Positions 15,640-32,400 are shown, counted from the stretch's first letter. The stretch is DNA of 64,000 nt from Macrostomum lignano (GCA_002269645.1 NIVC01001849.1:1-64000); one strand, 5' to 3'. A program made the numbers and translations. Notes: generated by a model from the letters alone, not told the origin.

Positions 15640-17263
15640 CTTCATCTCTCTCACTCTGATTCCCTTCCTCTCACTCTGATTCCCTTCCTCTCACTCTGAT
15701 TCCCTTCCTCTAACTCTGATTCCCTTCCTCTCACTCTGATTCCCTTCCTCTCACTTTGATTCCCTTCCTCTCACTCTGATTCCCTTCCTCTCACTCTGAT
15801 TCCCTTCTTCTCACTCTGATTCTCTTCCCCTTTTTCGGGTTCCCTTCCTCTCACTCTGATCCCCTTCCTCTCACTCTGATCCCCTTCCTCTCACTCTGAT
15901 CCCCTTCCTCTCACTCTGATTCCCTTCCTCTCACTCTGATTCCCTTCTTCTCACTCTGATTCTCTTCCCCTTATTCGGGTTCCCTTCCTCTCACTCTGAT
16001 CCCCTTCTTCTCACTCTGATTCCCTTCTTCTCACTCTGATTCTCTTCCCCTTATTCGGGTTCCCTTCCTCTCACTCTGATCCCCTTCCTCTCACTCTGAT
16101 TCCCTTCTTCTCATTCTGATTCTCTTCCCCTTATTCGGGTTCCCTTCCTCTCACTCTGATCCCTTTCCTCTCACTCTGATCCCTTTCCTCTCACTCTGAT
16201 CCCCTTCCTCTCACTCTGAAGCGGCTCATTCTCTTCCTCTTATTCGGGTTCCCTTCCTCTCACTCTGATCCCCTTCCTCTCACTCTGATTCCCTTCTTCT
16301 CACTCTGATTCTCTTCCCCTTATTCGGGTTCCCTTCCTCTCACTCTGATCCCCTTCCTCTCACTCTGATTCCCTTCCTCTCACTCTGATTCCCTTCTTCT
16401 CACTCTGATTCTCTTCCCCTTATTCGGGTTCCCTTCCTCTCACTCTGATCCCCTTCCTCTCACTCTGATTCCCTTCTTCTCATTCTGATTCTCTTCCCCT
16501 TATTCGGGTTCCCTTCCTCTCACTCTGATCCCCTTCCTCTCACTCTGATCCCTTTCCTCTCACTCTGATCCCCTTCCTCTCACTCTGAAGCGGCTCATTC
16601 TCTTCCTCTTATTCGGGTTCCCTTCCTCTCACTCTGATCCCCTTCCTCTCACTCTGATCCCCTTCCTCTCACTCTGATTCTCTTCCCCTTATTCGGGTTC
16701 CCTTCCTCTCACTCTGATTCCCTTCCTCTCACTCTGATTCCCTTCCTCTCACTCTGATCCCCTTCCTCTCACTCTGATCCCCTTCCTCTCACTCTGATCC
16801 CCTTCCTCTCACTCTGATCCCCTTCCTCTCACTCTGATCCCCTTCCTCTCACTCTGATTCCCTTCCTCTCACTCTGATCCCCTTCCCCTCACTCTGATCC
16901 TCTTCCTCTCACTCTGATCCTCTTCCTCTCACTCTGATTCTCTTCCTCTCACTCTGATCCCCTTCCTCTCACTCTGATCCCCTTCCTCTCACTCTGATTC
17001 CCTTCCTCTCACTCTGATCCCCTTCCTCTCACTCTGATCCCCTTCCTCTCACTCTGATCCCCTTCCTCTCACTCTGATTCCCTTCCTCTCACTCTGATCC
17101 CCTTCCTCTCACTCTGATCCCCTTCCTCTCACTCTGATTCCCTTCCTCTCACTCTGATCCCCTTCCTCTCACTCTGATCCCCTTCCTCTCACTCTGATTC
17201 CCTTCCTCTCACTCTGATTCCCTTCCTCTCACTCTGATCCCCTTCCTCTCACTCTGATTCCCT
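15640..17263. repeat. 20-bp pyrimidine-rich minisatellite (CTCACTCTGATYCCCTTCCT) with longer variant units
   Basis: About 75 units. Variant units containing ttattcgggtt recur, and the rare gcggctcatt insert occurs at 16221 and 16590, showing an internal 369-bp duplication. Confidence 0.97.
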
Positions 17264-17859
17264 TTACTTGCTTGCAGTCTGTCGCTGCCTCTCTCTTCCC
17301 ACCGTCGCAGCCTTTTTTAGGGGGGCCACCGCGGCTCATCTTCACTACAGCACAGGCCGATCAGTCCCAGCCTCCTGAGCAGTCATGCACTGCTATCAAA
17401 GCCGCATAATCTGCCATTCTCTCAGCAACCGCGCGGTGCCCCGTTGAGCCGCAAAACCCGGCTTAGATATATAATATACTACACATTACTGGTGCACCGC
17501 TATGCATAATTCAGTACATTGACTACTGGCTCTGGTGCGTTTCCCCGCCGGCGGGATCCGACCGACTGATTGAGCTGAGCAAGCTAAGCTCCCCAGATCT
17601 CCCTTCTCCGCCTCTGCTCCCATATTCAGCGCTATTCTCATTGATATTCGTGACTTAATTCTTCTGGATAAGACGCATTTCTTTGTTCTCCTAAGACCAG
17701 TCTGATCTATAGACAGACTGGCATCCTTGGGAATTCTTTTAATAAGCAATTTGCACTTTTAGTTGTCATGCCTATTCTCGTAGTAACAGACTCTGGTATA
17801 TTCTTGGTCCTGTTCCATTTCCCTGCTCCTTCACTCTCACTCCCTAATCTCACCCTAGA

Positions 17860-20420
17860 TCCCTTTACACACTCTCTCTATTCTCCTCCTAGATCTCTCC
17901 CTCCCTATATTCTCACTCTAGATCTCTCACTCCCTATTCTCACTCTCGATCTCTCACTCCCCATTCTCACTCTCGATCTCTCACTCCCTATTCTCACCCT
18001 AGATCTCCCACTCCCTATTCTCACTCTAGATCTCTCACTCCCTATTCTCACTCTAGATCTCTCACTCCCTATTCTCACCCTAGATCTCTAATCCCCCATT
18101 CTCACCCTAGATGAATCTCTCCCTATATTCTCACCCTAGATCTCTCACTCTATATTCTCACCCTAGATCTCCCACTCCCTATTCTCACCCTAGATCTCTA
18201 ATCCCCCATTCTCACCCTAGATGAATCTCTCCCTATATTCTCACCCTAGATCTCTAATTCCCCATTCTCACCCTAGATGACTCTCTCCCTATATTCTCAC
18301 CCTAGATCTCTAATTCCCAATTCTCACCCTAGATGACTCCCTCCCTATATTCTCACTCTAGATCTCTCACTCCCTATTCTCACTCTAGATCTCACCCTCC
18401 CTATTCTCGCCCTAGATCTCTCACTCCCTATTCTCACTCTAGATCTCTCACTCCCTATTCTCACCCAAGATCTCTCACTCCCTATTCTCACTCTAGATCT
18501 CTCACTCCCTTTTTTCACTCTAGATCTCTCACTCCCTATTCTCACTCTAGATCTCTCACTCCCTATTCTCACCCTAGATGACTCTCTCCCTATATTCTCA
18601 CCCTAGATCTCTCACTCCCTATTCTCACTCTAGATCTCTCACTCCCTATTCTCACTCTAGATCTCTCACTCCCTATTCTCACTCTAGATCTCTCACTCCC
18701 TATTCTCACTCTAGATCTCTCACTCCCTATTCTCACTCTAGATCTCTCACTCCCTATTCTCACTCTAGATCTCTAACTCCCTATTCTCACCCTAGATCTC
18801 TCACTCCCTATTCTCACTCTAGATCTCTCACTCCCTATTCTCACTCTAGATCTCTCACTCCCTATTCTCACCCTAGATGACTCTCTCCCTATATTCTCAC
18901 CCTAGATGACTCTCTCCCTATATTCTCACCCGAGATCTCTCACTCCCAATATCACTCTAGATCTCTCACTCCCTATTCTCACTCTAGATCTCTCACTCCC
19001 TATTCTCACTCTAGATCTCTCACTCCCTATTCTCACTCTAGATCTCTCACTCCCTATTCTCACTCTAGATCTCTCACTCCCTATTCTCACTCTAGATCTC
19101 TCACTCCCTATTCTCACTCTAGATCTCTCACTCCCTATTCTCACTCTAGATCTCTCACTCCCTATTCTCACTCTAGATCTCTCACTCCCTATTCTCACTC
19201 TAGATCTCTCACTCCCTATTCTCACTCTAGATCTCTCACTCCCTATTCTCACCCTAGATCTCTCACTCCCTATTCTCACTCTAGATCTCTCACTCCCTAT
19301 TCTCACCCTAGATCTCTCACTCCCTATTCTCACTCTAGATCTCTCACTCCCTATTCTCACTCTAGATCTCTCACTCCCTATTCTCACCCTAGATCTCTCA
19401 CTCCCTATTCTCACTCTAGATCTCTCACTCCCTATTCTCACTCTAGATCTCTCACTCCCTATTCTCACTCTAGATCTCTCACTCCCTATTCTCACTCTAG
19501 ATCTCTCACTCCCTATTCTCACCCTAGATCTCTCACTCCCTATTCTCACCCTAGATCTCTCACTCCCTATTCTCACTCTAGATCTCTCACTCCCTATTCT
19601 CACTCTAGATCTCTCACTCCCTATTCTCACTCTAGATCTCTCACTCCCTATTCTCACTCTAGATCTCTCACTCCCTATTCTCACCCTAGATCTCTCACTC
19701 CCTATTCTCACTCTAGATCTCTCACTCCCTATTCTCACTCTAGATCTCTCACTCCCTATTCTCACCCTAGATCTCTCACTCCCTATTCTCACTCTCGATC
19801 TCTCACTCCCTATTCTCACTCTAGATCTCTCACTCCCTATTCTCACTCTAGATCTCTCACTCCCTTTTCTCACCCTAGATCTCTCACTCCCTATTCTCAC
19901 CCTAGATCTCTCACTCCCTATTCTCACCCTAGATCTCTCACTCCCTATTCTCACTCTAGATCTCTCACTCCCTATTCTCACTCTAGATCTCTCACTCCCT
20001 TTTCTCACCCTAGATCTCTCACTCCCTATTCTCACCCTAGATCTCTCACTCCCTATTCTCACTCTAGATCTCTCACTCTCTATTCTCACCCTAGATCTCT
20101 CACTCCCTATTCTCACTCTAGATGACTCTCTCCCTATATTCTCACCCTAGATCTCTCACTCCCTATTCTCACTCTAGATCTCTCACTCCCTATTCTCACT
20201 CAAGATCTCTCACTCCCTATTCTCACTCTAGATCTCTCACTCCCTATTCTCACTCTAGATCTCTCACTCCCTATTCTCACCCTAGATCTCTCTCTCCCTA
20301 TATTCTCACCCTAGATCTCTCACTCCCTATTCTCACCCTAGATCTCTCACTCCCTATTCTCACTCCCTATTCTCACTCTAGATCTCTCACTCCCCATATT
20401 CTCACCCTAGATCTCTCACT
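17860..20420. repeat. 27-bp satellite (CTCACTCTAGATCTCTCACTCCCTATT)
   Basis: About 95 copies, degenerate at the left edge; source of the LTLDLSLPI, RIGSERSRV and SHSRSLTPY ORFs. Confidence 0.98.
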
Positions 20421-23400
20421 CCCAATATCACTCTAGATCTCTCACTCCCAATCACTCTAGATCTCTCACTCCCAATATCACTCTAGATCTCTCACTCCCA
20501 ATATCACCCTTGATCTCTCACTCCCAATATCACCCTAGATCTCTCACTCCCAATATCACTCTAGATCTCTCACTCCCAATATCACTCTATATCTCTCACT
20601 CCCAATATCACTCTAGATCTCTCACTCCCAATATCACTCTAGATCTCTCACTCCCAATATCACTCTAGATCTCTCACTCCCAATATCACTCTAGATCTCT
20701 CACTCCCAATATCACTCTAGATCTCTCACTCCCAATATCACTCTAGATCTCTCACTCCCAATATCACCCTAGATCTCTCACTCCCAATATCACCTAGATC
20801 TCTCACTCCCAATATCACTCTAGATCTCTCACTCCCAATATCACCCTATATCTCTCACTCCCAATATCACCCTATATCTCTCACTCCCAATATCACCCTA
20901 TATCTCTCACTCTCAATATCACTCTAGATCTCTCACTCCCAATATCACTCTAGATCTCTCACTCCCAATATCACTCTAGATCTCTCACTCCCAATATCAC
21001 TCTAGATCTCTCACTCCCAATATCACTCTAGATCTCTCACTCCCAATATCACTCTAGATCTCTCACTCCCAATATCACCCTATATCTCTCACTCCCAATA
21101 TCACCCTATATCTCTCACTCCCAATATCACCCTATATCTCTCACTCTCAATATCACTCTAGATCTCTCACTCCCAATATCACTCTAGATCTCTCACTCCC
21201 AATATCACTCTAGATCTCTCACTCCCAATATCACTCTAGATCTCTCACTCCCAATATCACCCTAGATCTCTCACTCCCAATATCACTCTAGATCTCTCAC
21301 TCCCAATATCACTCTAGATCTCTCACTCCCAATATCACTCTAGATCTCTCACTCCCAATATCACCTAGATCTCTCACTCCCAATATCACCCTATATCTCT
21401 CACTCCCAATATCACTCTAGATCTCTCACTCCCAATATCACTCTAGATCTCTCACTCCCAATATCACTCTAGATCTCTCACTCCCAATATCACTCTAGAT
21501 CTCTCACTCCCAATATCACTCTAGATCTCTCACTCCCAATATCACTCTAGATCTCTCACTCCCAATATCACTCTAGATCTCTCACTCCCAATATCACCTA
21601 GATCTCTCACTCCCAATATCACCTATATCTCTCACTCCCAATATCACCCTATATCTCTCACTCCCAATATCACTCTAGATCTCTCACTCCCAATATCACT
21701 CTAGATCTCTCACTCCCAATATCACTCTAGATCTCTCACTCCCAATATCACTCTAGATCTCTCACTCCCAATATCACTCTAGATCTCTCACTCCCAATAT
21801 CACTCTAGATCTCTCACTCCCAATATCACTCTAGATCTCTCACTCCCAATATCACCCTAGATCTCTCACTCCCAATATCACCCTAGATCTCTCACTCCCA
21901 ATATCACCTAGATCTCTCACTCCCAATATCACTCTAGATCTCTCACTCCCAATATCACTCTAGATCTCTCACTCCCAATATCACTCTAGATCTCTCACTC
22001 CCAATATCACTCTAGATCTCTCACTCCCAATATCACTCTAGATCTCTCACTCCCAATATCACCTAGATCTCTCACTCCCAATATCACCTAGATCTCTCAC
22101 TCCCAATATCACCTAGATCTCTCACTCCCAATATCACTCTAGATCTCTCACTCCCAATATCACTCTAGATCTCTCACTCCCAATATCACTCTAGATCTCT
22201 CACTCCCAATATCACTCTATATCACCTAGATCTCTCACTCCCAATATCACTCTAGATCTCTCACTCCCAATATCACTCTAGATCTCTCACTCCCAATATC
22301 ACTCTAGATCTCTCACTCCCAATATCACCCTAGATCTCTCACTCCCAATATCACTCTAGATCTCTCACTCCCAATATCACCCTAGATCTCTCACTCCCAA
22401 TATCACTCTAGATCTCTCACTCCCAATATCACTCTAGATCTCTCACTCCCAATATCACCCTAGATCTCTCACTCCCAATATCACTCTAGATCTCTCACTC
22501 CCAATATCACCCTAGATCTCTCACTCCCAATATCACTCTAGATCTCTCACTCCCAATATCACCCTAGATCTCTCACTCCCAATATCACTCTAGATCTCTC
22601 ACTCCCAATATCACTCTAGATCTCTCACTCCCAATATCACCCTAGATCTCTCACTCCCAATATCACTCTAGATCTCTCACTCCCAATATCACCTAGATCT
22701 CTCACTCCCAATATCACTCTAGATCTCTCACTCCCAATATCACTCTAGATCTCTCACTCCCAATATCACCTAGATCTCTCACTCCCAATATCACTCTAGA
22801 TCTCTCACTCCCAATATCACCCTAGATCTCTCACTCCCAATATCACTCTAGATCTCTCACTCCCAATATCACCCTAGATCTCTCACTCCCAATATCACTC
22901 TAGATCTCTCACTCCCAATATCACTCTAGATCTCTCACTCCCAATATCACCTAGATCTCTCACTCCCAATATCACTCTAGATCTCTCACTCCCAATATCA
23001 CCTAGATCTCTCACTCCCAATATCACTCTAGATCTCTCACTCCCAATATCACCTAGATCTCTCACTCCCAATATCACTCTAGATCTCTCACTCCCAATAT
23101 CACTCTAGATCTCTCACTCCCAATATCACCTAGATCTCTCACTCCCAATATCACTCTAGATCTCTCACTCCCAATATCACCTAGATCTCTCACTCCCAAT
23201 ATCACTCTAGATCTCTCACTCCCAATATCACCCTAGATCTCTCACTCCCAATATCACTCTAGATCTCTCACTCCCAATATCACTCTAGATCTCTCACTCC
23301 CAATATCACCTAGATCTCTCACTCCCAATATCACTCTAGATCTCTCACTCCCAATATCACTCTAGATCTCTCACTCCCAATATCACCTAGATCTCTCACT

Positions 23401-26400
23401 CCCAATATCACTCTAGATCTCTCACTCCCAATATCACCCTAGATCTCTCACTCCCAATATCACTCTAGATCTCTCACTCCCAATATCACCTAGATCTCTC
23501 ACTCCCAATATCACTCTAGATCTCTCACTCCCAATATCACTCTAGATCTCTCACTCCCAATATCACCTAGATCTCTCACTCCCAATATCACTCTAGATCT
23601 CTCACTCCCAATATCACCCTAGATCTCTCACTCCCAATATCACTCTAGATCTCTCACTCCCAATATCACCTAGATCTCTCACTCCCAATATCACTCTAGA
23701 TCTCTCACTCCCAATATCACCTAGATCTCTCACTCCCAATATCACTCTAGATCTCTCACTCCCAATATCACTCTAGATCTCTCACTCCCAATATCACCTA
23801 GATCTCTCACTCCCAATATCACTCTAGATCTCTCACTCCCAATATCACCTAGATCTCTCACTCCCAATATCACTCTAGATCTCTCACTCCCAATATCACT
23901 CTAGATCTCTCACTCCCAATATCACCTAGATCTCTCACTCCCAATATCACTCTAGATCTCTCACTCCCAATATCACTCTAGATCTCTCACTCCCAATATC
24001 ACTCTAGATCTCTCACTCCCAATATCACTCTAGATCTCTCACTCCCAATATCACTCTAGATCTCTCACTCCCAATATCACTCTAGATCTCTCACTCCCAA
24101 TATCACCTAGATCTCTCACTCCCAATATCACTCTAGATCTCTCACTCCCAATATCACTCTAGATCTCTCACTCCCAATATCACCTAGATCTCTCACTCCC
24201 AATATCACTCTAGATCTCTCACTCCCAATATCACTCTAGATCTCTCACTCCCAATATCACTCTAGATCTCTCACTCTAGATCTCTCACTCCCAATATCAC
24301 TCTAGATCTCTCACTCCCAATATCACTCTAGATCTCTCACTCCCAATATCACCCTAGATCTCTCACTCCCAATATCACTCTAGATCTCTCACTCCCAATA
24401 TCACTCTAGATCTCTCACTCCCAATATCACTCTAGATCTCTCACTCCCAATATCACTCTAGATCTCTCACTCCCAATATCACTCTAGATCTCTCACTCCC
24501 AATATCACTCTAGATCTCTCACTCCCAATATCACCCTAGATCTCTCACTCCCAATATCACTCTAGATCTCTCACTCCCAATATCACTCTAGATCTCTCAC
24601 TCCCAATATCACTCTAGATCTCTCACTCCCAATATCACTCTAGATCTCTCACTCCCAATATCACTCTAGATCTCTCACTCCCAATATCACTCTAGATCTC
24701 TCACTCCCAATATCACTCTAGATCTCTCACTCCCAATATCACTCTAGATCTCTCACTCCCAATATCACTCTAGATCTCTCACTCCCAATATCACTCTAGA
24801 TCTCTCACTCCCAATATCACTCTAGATCTCTCACTCCCAATATCACTCTAGATCTCTCACTCCCAATATCACCTAGATCTCTCACTCCCAATATCACTCT
24901 AGATCTCTCACTCCCAATATCACTCTAGATCTCTCACTCCCAATATCACTCTAGATCTCTCACTCCCAATATCACTCTAGATCTCTCACTCCCAATATCA
25001 CTCTAGATCTCTCACTCCCAATATCACTCTAGATCTCTCACTCCCAATATCACTCTAGATCTCTCACTCCCAATATCACTCTAGATCTCTCACTCCCAAT
25101 ATCACTCTAGATCTCTCACTCCCAATATCACTCTAGATCTCTCACTCCCAATATCACTCTAGATCTCTCACTCCCAATATCACCTAGATCTCTCACTCCC
25201 AATATCACTCTAGATCTCTCACTCCCAATATCACTCTAGATCTCTCACTCCCAATATCACTCTAGATCTCTCACTCCCAATATCACTCTAGATCTCTCAC
25301 TCCCAATATCACTCTAGATCTCTCACTCCCAATATCACCTAGATCTCTCACTCCCAATATCACCTAGATCTCTCACTCCCAATATCACTCTAGATCTCTC
25401 ACTCCCAATATCACTCTAGATCTCTCACTCCCAATATCACTCTAGATCTCTCACTCCCAATATCACTCTAGATCTCTCACTCCCAATATCACTCTAGATC
25501 TCTCACTCCCAATATCACTCTAGATCTCTCACTCCCAATATCACTCTAGATCTCTCACTCCCAATATCACCTAGATCTCTCACTCCCAATATCACTCTAG
25601 ATCTCTCACTCCCAATATCACTCTAGATCTCTCACTCCCAATATCACTCTAGATCTCTCACTCCCAATATCACTCTAGATCTCTCACTCCCAATATCACT
25701 CTAGATCTCTCACTCCCAATATCACTCTAGATCTCTCACTCCCAATATCACTCTAGATCTCTCACTCCCAATATCACTCTAGATCTCTCACTCCCAATAT
25801 CACTCTAGATCTCTCACTCCCAATATCACTCTAGATCTCTCACTCCCAATATCACTCTAGATCTCTCACTCCCAATATCACTCTAGATCTCTCACTCCCA
25901 ATATCACTCTAGATCTCTCACTCCCAATATCACCTAGATCTCTCACTCCCAATATCACTCTAGATCTCTCACTCCCAATATCACTCTAGATCTCTCACTC
26001 CCAATATCACTCTAGATCTCTCACTCCCAATATCACTCTAGATCTCTCACTCCCAATATCACTCTAGATCTCTCACTCCCAATATCACTCTAGATCTCTC
26101 ACTCCCAATATCACTCTAGATCTCTCACTCCCAATATCACCTAGATCTCTCACTCCCAATATCACTCTAGATCTCTCACTCCCAATATCACTCTAGATCT
26201 CTCACTCCCAATATCACTCTAGATCTCTCACTCCCAATATCACTCTAGATCTCTCACTCCCAATATCACCTAGATCTCTCACTCCCAATATCACTCTAGA
26301 TCTCTCACTCCCAATATCACTCTAGATCTCTCACTCCCAATATCACTCTAGATCTCTCACTCCCAATATCACTCTAGATCTCTCACTCCCAATATCACCT

Positions 26401-29400
26401 AGATCTCTCACTCCCAATATCACTCTAGATCTCTCACTCCCAATATCACTCTAGATCTCTCACTCCCAATATCACTCTAGATCTCTCACTCCCAATATCA
26501 CTCTAGATCTCTCACTCCCAATATCACTCTAGATCTCTCACTCCCAATATCACTCTAGATCTCTCACTCCCAATATCACTCTAGATCTCTCACTCCCAAT
26601 ATCACTCTAGATCTCTCACTCCCAATATCACTCTAGATCTCTCACTCCCAATATCACCTAGATCTCTCACTCCCAATATCACTCTAGATCTCTCACTCCC
26701 AATATCACTCTAGATCTCTCACTCCCAATATCACTCTAGATCTCTCACTCCCAATATCACTCTAGATCTCTCACTCCCAATATCACTCTAGATCTCTCAC
26801 TCCCAATATCACTCTAGATCTCTCACTCCCAATATCACTCTAGATCTCTCACTCCCAATATCACTCTAGATCTCTCACTCCCAATATCACCTAGATCTCT
26901 CACTCCCAATATCACCTAGATCTCTCACTCCCAATATCACTCTAGATCTCTCACTCCCAATATCACTCTAGATCTCTCACTCCCAATATCACTCTAGATC
27001 TCTCACTCCCAATATCACTCTAGATCTCTCACTCCCAATATCACTCTAGATCTCTCACTCCCAATATCACTCTAGATCTCTCACTCCCAATATCACTCTA
27101 GATCTCTCACTCCCAATATCACTCTAGATCTCTCACTCCCAATATCACTCTAGATCTCTCACTCCCAATATCACTCTAGATCTCTCACTCCCAATATCAC
27201 TCTAGATCTCTCACTCCCAATATCACTCTAGATCTCTCACTCCCAATATCACTCTAGATCTCTCACTCCCAATATCACTCTAGATCTCTCACTCCCAATA
27301 TCACTCTAGATCTCTCACTCCCAATATCACTCTAGATCTCTCACTCCCAATATCACTCTAGATCTCTCACTCCCAATATCACTCTAGATCTCTCACTCCC
27401 AATATCACTCTAGATCTCTCACTCCCAATATCACTCTAGATCTCTCACTCCCAATATCACTCTAGATCTCTCACTCCCAATATCACTCTAGATCTCTCAC
27501 TCCCAATATCACTCTAGATCTCTCACTCCCAATATCACTCTAGATCTCTCACTCCCAATATCACTCTAGATCTCTCACTCCCAATATCACTCTAGATCTC
27601 TCACTCCCAATATCACTCTAGATCTCTCACTCCCAATATCACTCTAGATCTCTCACTCCCAATATCACTCTAGATCTCTCACTCCCAATATCACTCTAGA
27701 TCTCTCACTCCCAATATCACTCTAGATCTCTCACTCCCAATATCACTCTAGATCTCTCACTCCCAATATCACTCTAGATCTCTCACTCCCAATATCACTC
27801 TAGATCTCTCACTCCCAATATCACTCTAGATCTCTCACTCCCAATATCACTCTAGATCTCTCACTCCCAATATCACTCTAGATCTCTCACTCCCAATATC
27901 ACTCTAGATCTCTCACTCCCAATATCACTCTAGATCTCTCACTCCCAATATCACTCTAGATCTCTCACTCCCAATATCACTCTAGATCTCTCACTCCCAA
28001 TATCACCTAGATCTCTCACTCCCAATATCACTCTAGATCTCTCACTCCCAATATCACTCTAGATCTCTCACTCCCAATATCACTCTAGATCTCTCACTCC
28101 CAATATCACTCTAGATCTCTCACTCCCAATATCACTCTAGATCTCTCACTCCCAATATCACTCTAGATCTCTCACTCCCAATATCACTCTAGATCTCTCA
28201 CTCCCAATATCACTCTAGATCTCTCACTCCCAATATCACTCTAGATCTCTCACTCCCAATATCACTCTAGATCTCTCACTCCCAATATCACTCTAGATCT
28301 CTCACTCCCAATATCACTCTAGATCTCTCACTCCCAATATCACTCTAGATCTCTCACTCCCAATATCACTCTAGATCTCTCACTCCCAATATCACTCTAG
28401 ATCTCTCACTCCCAATATCACTCTAGATCTCTCACTCCCAATATCACTCTAGATCTCTCACTCCCAATATCACTCTAGATCTCTCACTCCCAATATCACT
28501 CTAGATCTCTCACTCCCAATATCACTCTAGATCTCTCACTCCCAATATCACTCTAGATCTCTCACTCCCAATATCACTCTAGATCTCTCACTCCCAATAT
28601 CACTCTAGATCTCTCACTCCCAATATCACCTAGATCTCTCACTCCCAATATCACTCTAGATCTCTCACTCCCAATATCACTCTAGATCTCTCACTCCCAA
28701 TATCACTCTAGATCTCTCACTCCCAATATCACTCTAGATCTCTCACTCCCAATATCACTCTAGATCTCTCACTCCCAATATCACTCTAGATCTCTCACTC
28801 CCAATATCACTCTAGATCTCTCACTCCCAATATCACTCTAGATCTCTCACTCCCAATATCACTCTAGATCTCTCACTCCCAATATCACTCTAGATCTCTC
28901 ACTCCCAATATCACTCTAGATCTCTCACTCCCAATATCACTCTAGATCTCTCACTCCCAATATCACTCTAGATCTCTCACTCCCAATATCACTCTAGATC
29001 TCTCACTCCCAATATCACTCTAGATCTCTCACTCCCAATATCACTCTAGATCTCTCACTCCCAATATCACTCTAGATCTCTCACTCCCAATATCACTCTA
29101 GATCTCTCACTCCCAATATCACTCTAGATCTCTCACTCCCAATATCACTCTAGATCTCTCACTCCCAATATCACTCTAGATCTCTCACTCCCAATATCAC
29201 TCTAGATCTCTCACTCCCAATATCACTCTAGATCTCTCACTCCCAATATCACTCTAGATCTCTCACTCCCAATATCACTCTAGATCTCTCACTCCCAATA
29301 TCACTCTAGATCTCTCACTCCCAATATCACTCTAGATCTCTCACTCCCAATATCACTCTAGATCTCTCACTCCCAATATCACTCTAGATCTCTCACTCCC

Positions 29401-32400
29401 AATATCACTCTAGATCTCTCACTCCCAATATCACTCTAGATCTCTCACTCCCAATATCACTCTAGATCTCTCACTCCCAATATCACTCTAGATCTCTCAC
29501 TCCCAATATCACTCTAGATCTCTCACTCCCAATATCACTCTAGATCTCTCACTCCCAATATCACTCTAGATCTCTCACTCCCAATATCACTCTAGATCTC
29601 TCACTCCCAATATCACTCTAGATCTCTCACTCCCAATATCACTCTAGATCTCTCACTCCCAATATCACTCTAGATCTCTCACTCCCAATATCACTCTAGA
29701 TCTCTCACTCCCAATATCACTCTAGATCTCTCACTCCCAATATCACTCTAGATCTCTCACTCCCAATATCACTCTAGATCTCTCACTCCCAATATCACTC
29801 TAGATCTCTCACTCCCAATATCACTCTAGATCTCTCACTCCCAATATCACTCTAGATCTCTCACTCCCAATATCACTCTAGATCTCTCACTCCCAATATC
29901 ACTCTAGATCTCTCACTCCCAATATCACTCTAGATCTCTCACTCCCAATATCACTCTAGATCTCTCACTCCCAATATCACTCTAGATCTCTCACTCCCAA
30001 TATCACTCTAGATCTCTCACTCCCAATATCACTCTAGATCTCTCACTCCCAATATCACTCTAGATCTCTCACTCCCAATATCACTCTAGATCTCTCACTC
30101 CCAATATCACTCTAGATCTCTCACTCCCAATATCACTCTAGATCTCTCACTCCCAATATCACTCTAGATCTCTCACTCCCAATATCACTCTAGATCTCTC
30201 ACTCCCAATATCACTCTAGATCTCTCACTCCCAATATCACTCTAGATCTCTCACTCCCAATATCACTCTAGATCTCTCACTCCCAATATCACTCTAGATC
30301 TCTCACTCCCAATATCACTCTAGATCTCTCACTCCCAATATCACTCTAGATCTCTCACTCCCAATATCACTCTAGATCTCTCACTCCCAATATCACTCTA
30401 GATCTCTCACTCCCAATATCACTCTAGATCTCTCACTCCCAATATCACTCTAGATCTCTCACTCCCAATATCACTCTAGATCTCTCACTCCCAATATCAC
30501 TCTAGATCTCTCACTCCCAATATCACCTAGATCTCTCACTCCCAATATCACTCTAGATCTCTCACTCCCAATATCACTCTAGATCTCTCACTCCCAATAT
30601 CACTCTAGATCTCTCACTCCCAATATCACTCTAGATCTCTCACTCCCAATATCACTCTAGATCTCTCACTCCCAATATCACTCTAGATCTCTCACTCCCA
30701 ATATCACTCTAGATCTCTCACTCCCAATATCACTCTAGATCTCTCACTCCCAATATCACTCTAGATCTCTCACTCCCAATATCACTCTAGATCTCTCACT
30801 CCCAATATCACTCTAGATCTCTCACTCCCAATATCACTCTAGATCTCTCACTCCCAATATCACTCTAGATCTCTCACTCCCAATATCACTCTAGATCTCT
30901 CACTCCCAATATCACTCTAGATCTCTCACTCCCAATATCACTCTAGATCTCTCACTCCCAATATCACTCTAGATCTCTCACTCCCAATATCACTCTAGAT
31001 CTCTCACTCCCAATATCACTCTAGATCTCTCACTCCCAATATCACTCTAGATCTCTCACTCCCAATATCACTCTAGATCTCTCACTCCCAATATCACTCT
31101 AGATCTCTCACTCCCAATATCACTCTAGATCTCTCACTCCCAATATCACTCTAGATCTCTCACTCCCAATATCACTCTAGATCTCTCACTCCCAATATCA
31201 CTCTAGATCTCTCACTCCCAATATCACCTAGATCTCTCACTCCCAATATCACCTAGATCTCTCACTCCCAATATCACTCTAGATCTCTCACTCCCAATAT
31301 CACTCTAGATCTCTCACTCCCAATATCACTCTAGATCTCTCACTCCCAATATCACTCTAGATCTCTCACTCCCAATATCACCTAGATCTCTCACTCCCAA
31401 TATCACTCTAGATCTCTCACTCCCAATATCACTCTAGATCTCTCACTCCCAATATCACTCTAGATCTCTCACTCCCAATATCACTCTAGATCTCTCACTC
31501 CCAATATCACTCTAGATCTCTCACTCCCAATATCACTCTAGATCTCTCACTCCCAATATCACTCTAGATCTCTCACTCCCAATATCACTCTAGATCTCTC
31601 ACTCCCAATATCACTCTAGATCTCTCACTCCCAATATCACTCTAGATCTCTCACTCCCAATATCACTCTAGATCTCTCACTCCCAATATCACTCTAGATC
31701 TCTCACTCCCAATATCACCTAGATCTCTCACTCCCAATATCACTCTAGATCTCTCACTCCCAATATCACTCTAGATCTCTCACTCCCAATATCACTCTAG
31801 ATCTCTCACTCCCAATATCACCTAGATCTCTCACTCCCAATATCACTCTAGATCTCTCACTCCCAATATCACTCTAGATCTCTCACTCCCAATATCACTC
31901 TAGATCTCTCACTCCCAATATCACTCTAGATCTCTCACTCCCAATATCACTCTAGATCTCTCACTCCCAATATCACTCTAGATCTCTCACTCCCAATATC
32001 ACTCTAGATCTCTCACTCCCAATATCACTCTAGATCTCTCACTCCCAATATCACTCTAGATCTCTCACTCCCAATATCACTCTAGATCTCTCACTCCCAA
32101 TATCACTCTAGATCTCTCACTCCCAATATCACTCTAGATCTCTCACTCCCAATATCACCTAGATCTCTCACTCCCAATATCACTCTAGATCTCTCACTCC
32201 CAATATCACCTAGATCTCTCACTCCCAATATCACTCTAGATCTCTCACTCCCAATATCACTCTAGATCTCTCACTCCCAATATCACTCTAGATCTCTCAC
32301 TCCCAATATCACTCTAGATCTCTCACTCCCAATATCACTCTAGATCTCTCACTCCCAATATCACTCTAGATCTCTCACTCCCAATATCACCTAGATCTCT

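Noticed and set aside
18333-23077. Long ORFs such as 18906-20150 (414 aa) and 18926-20116 (396 aa, RS-rich)
   Set aside because: They are translations of a stop-free 27-bp unit with no splice context or unique domain, and the frame is lost once the unit becomes 26 bp.
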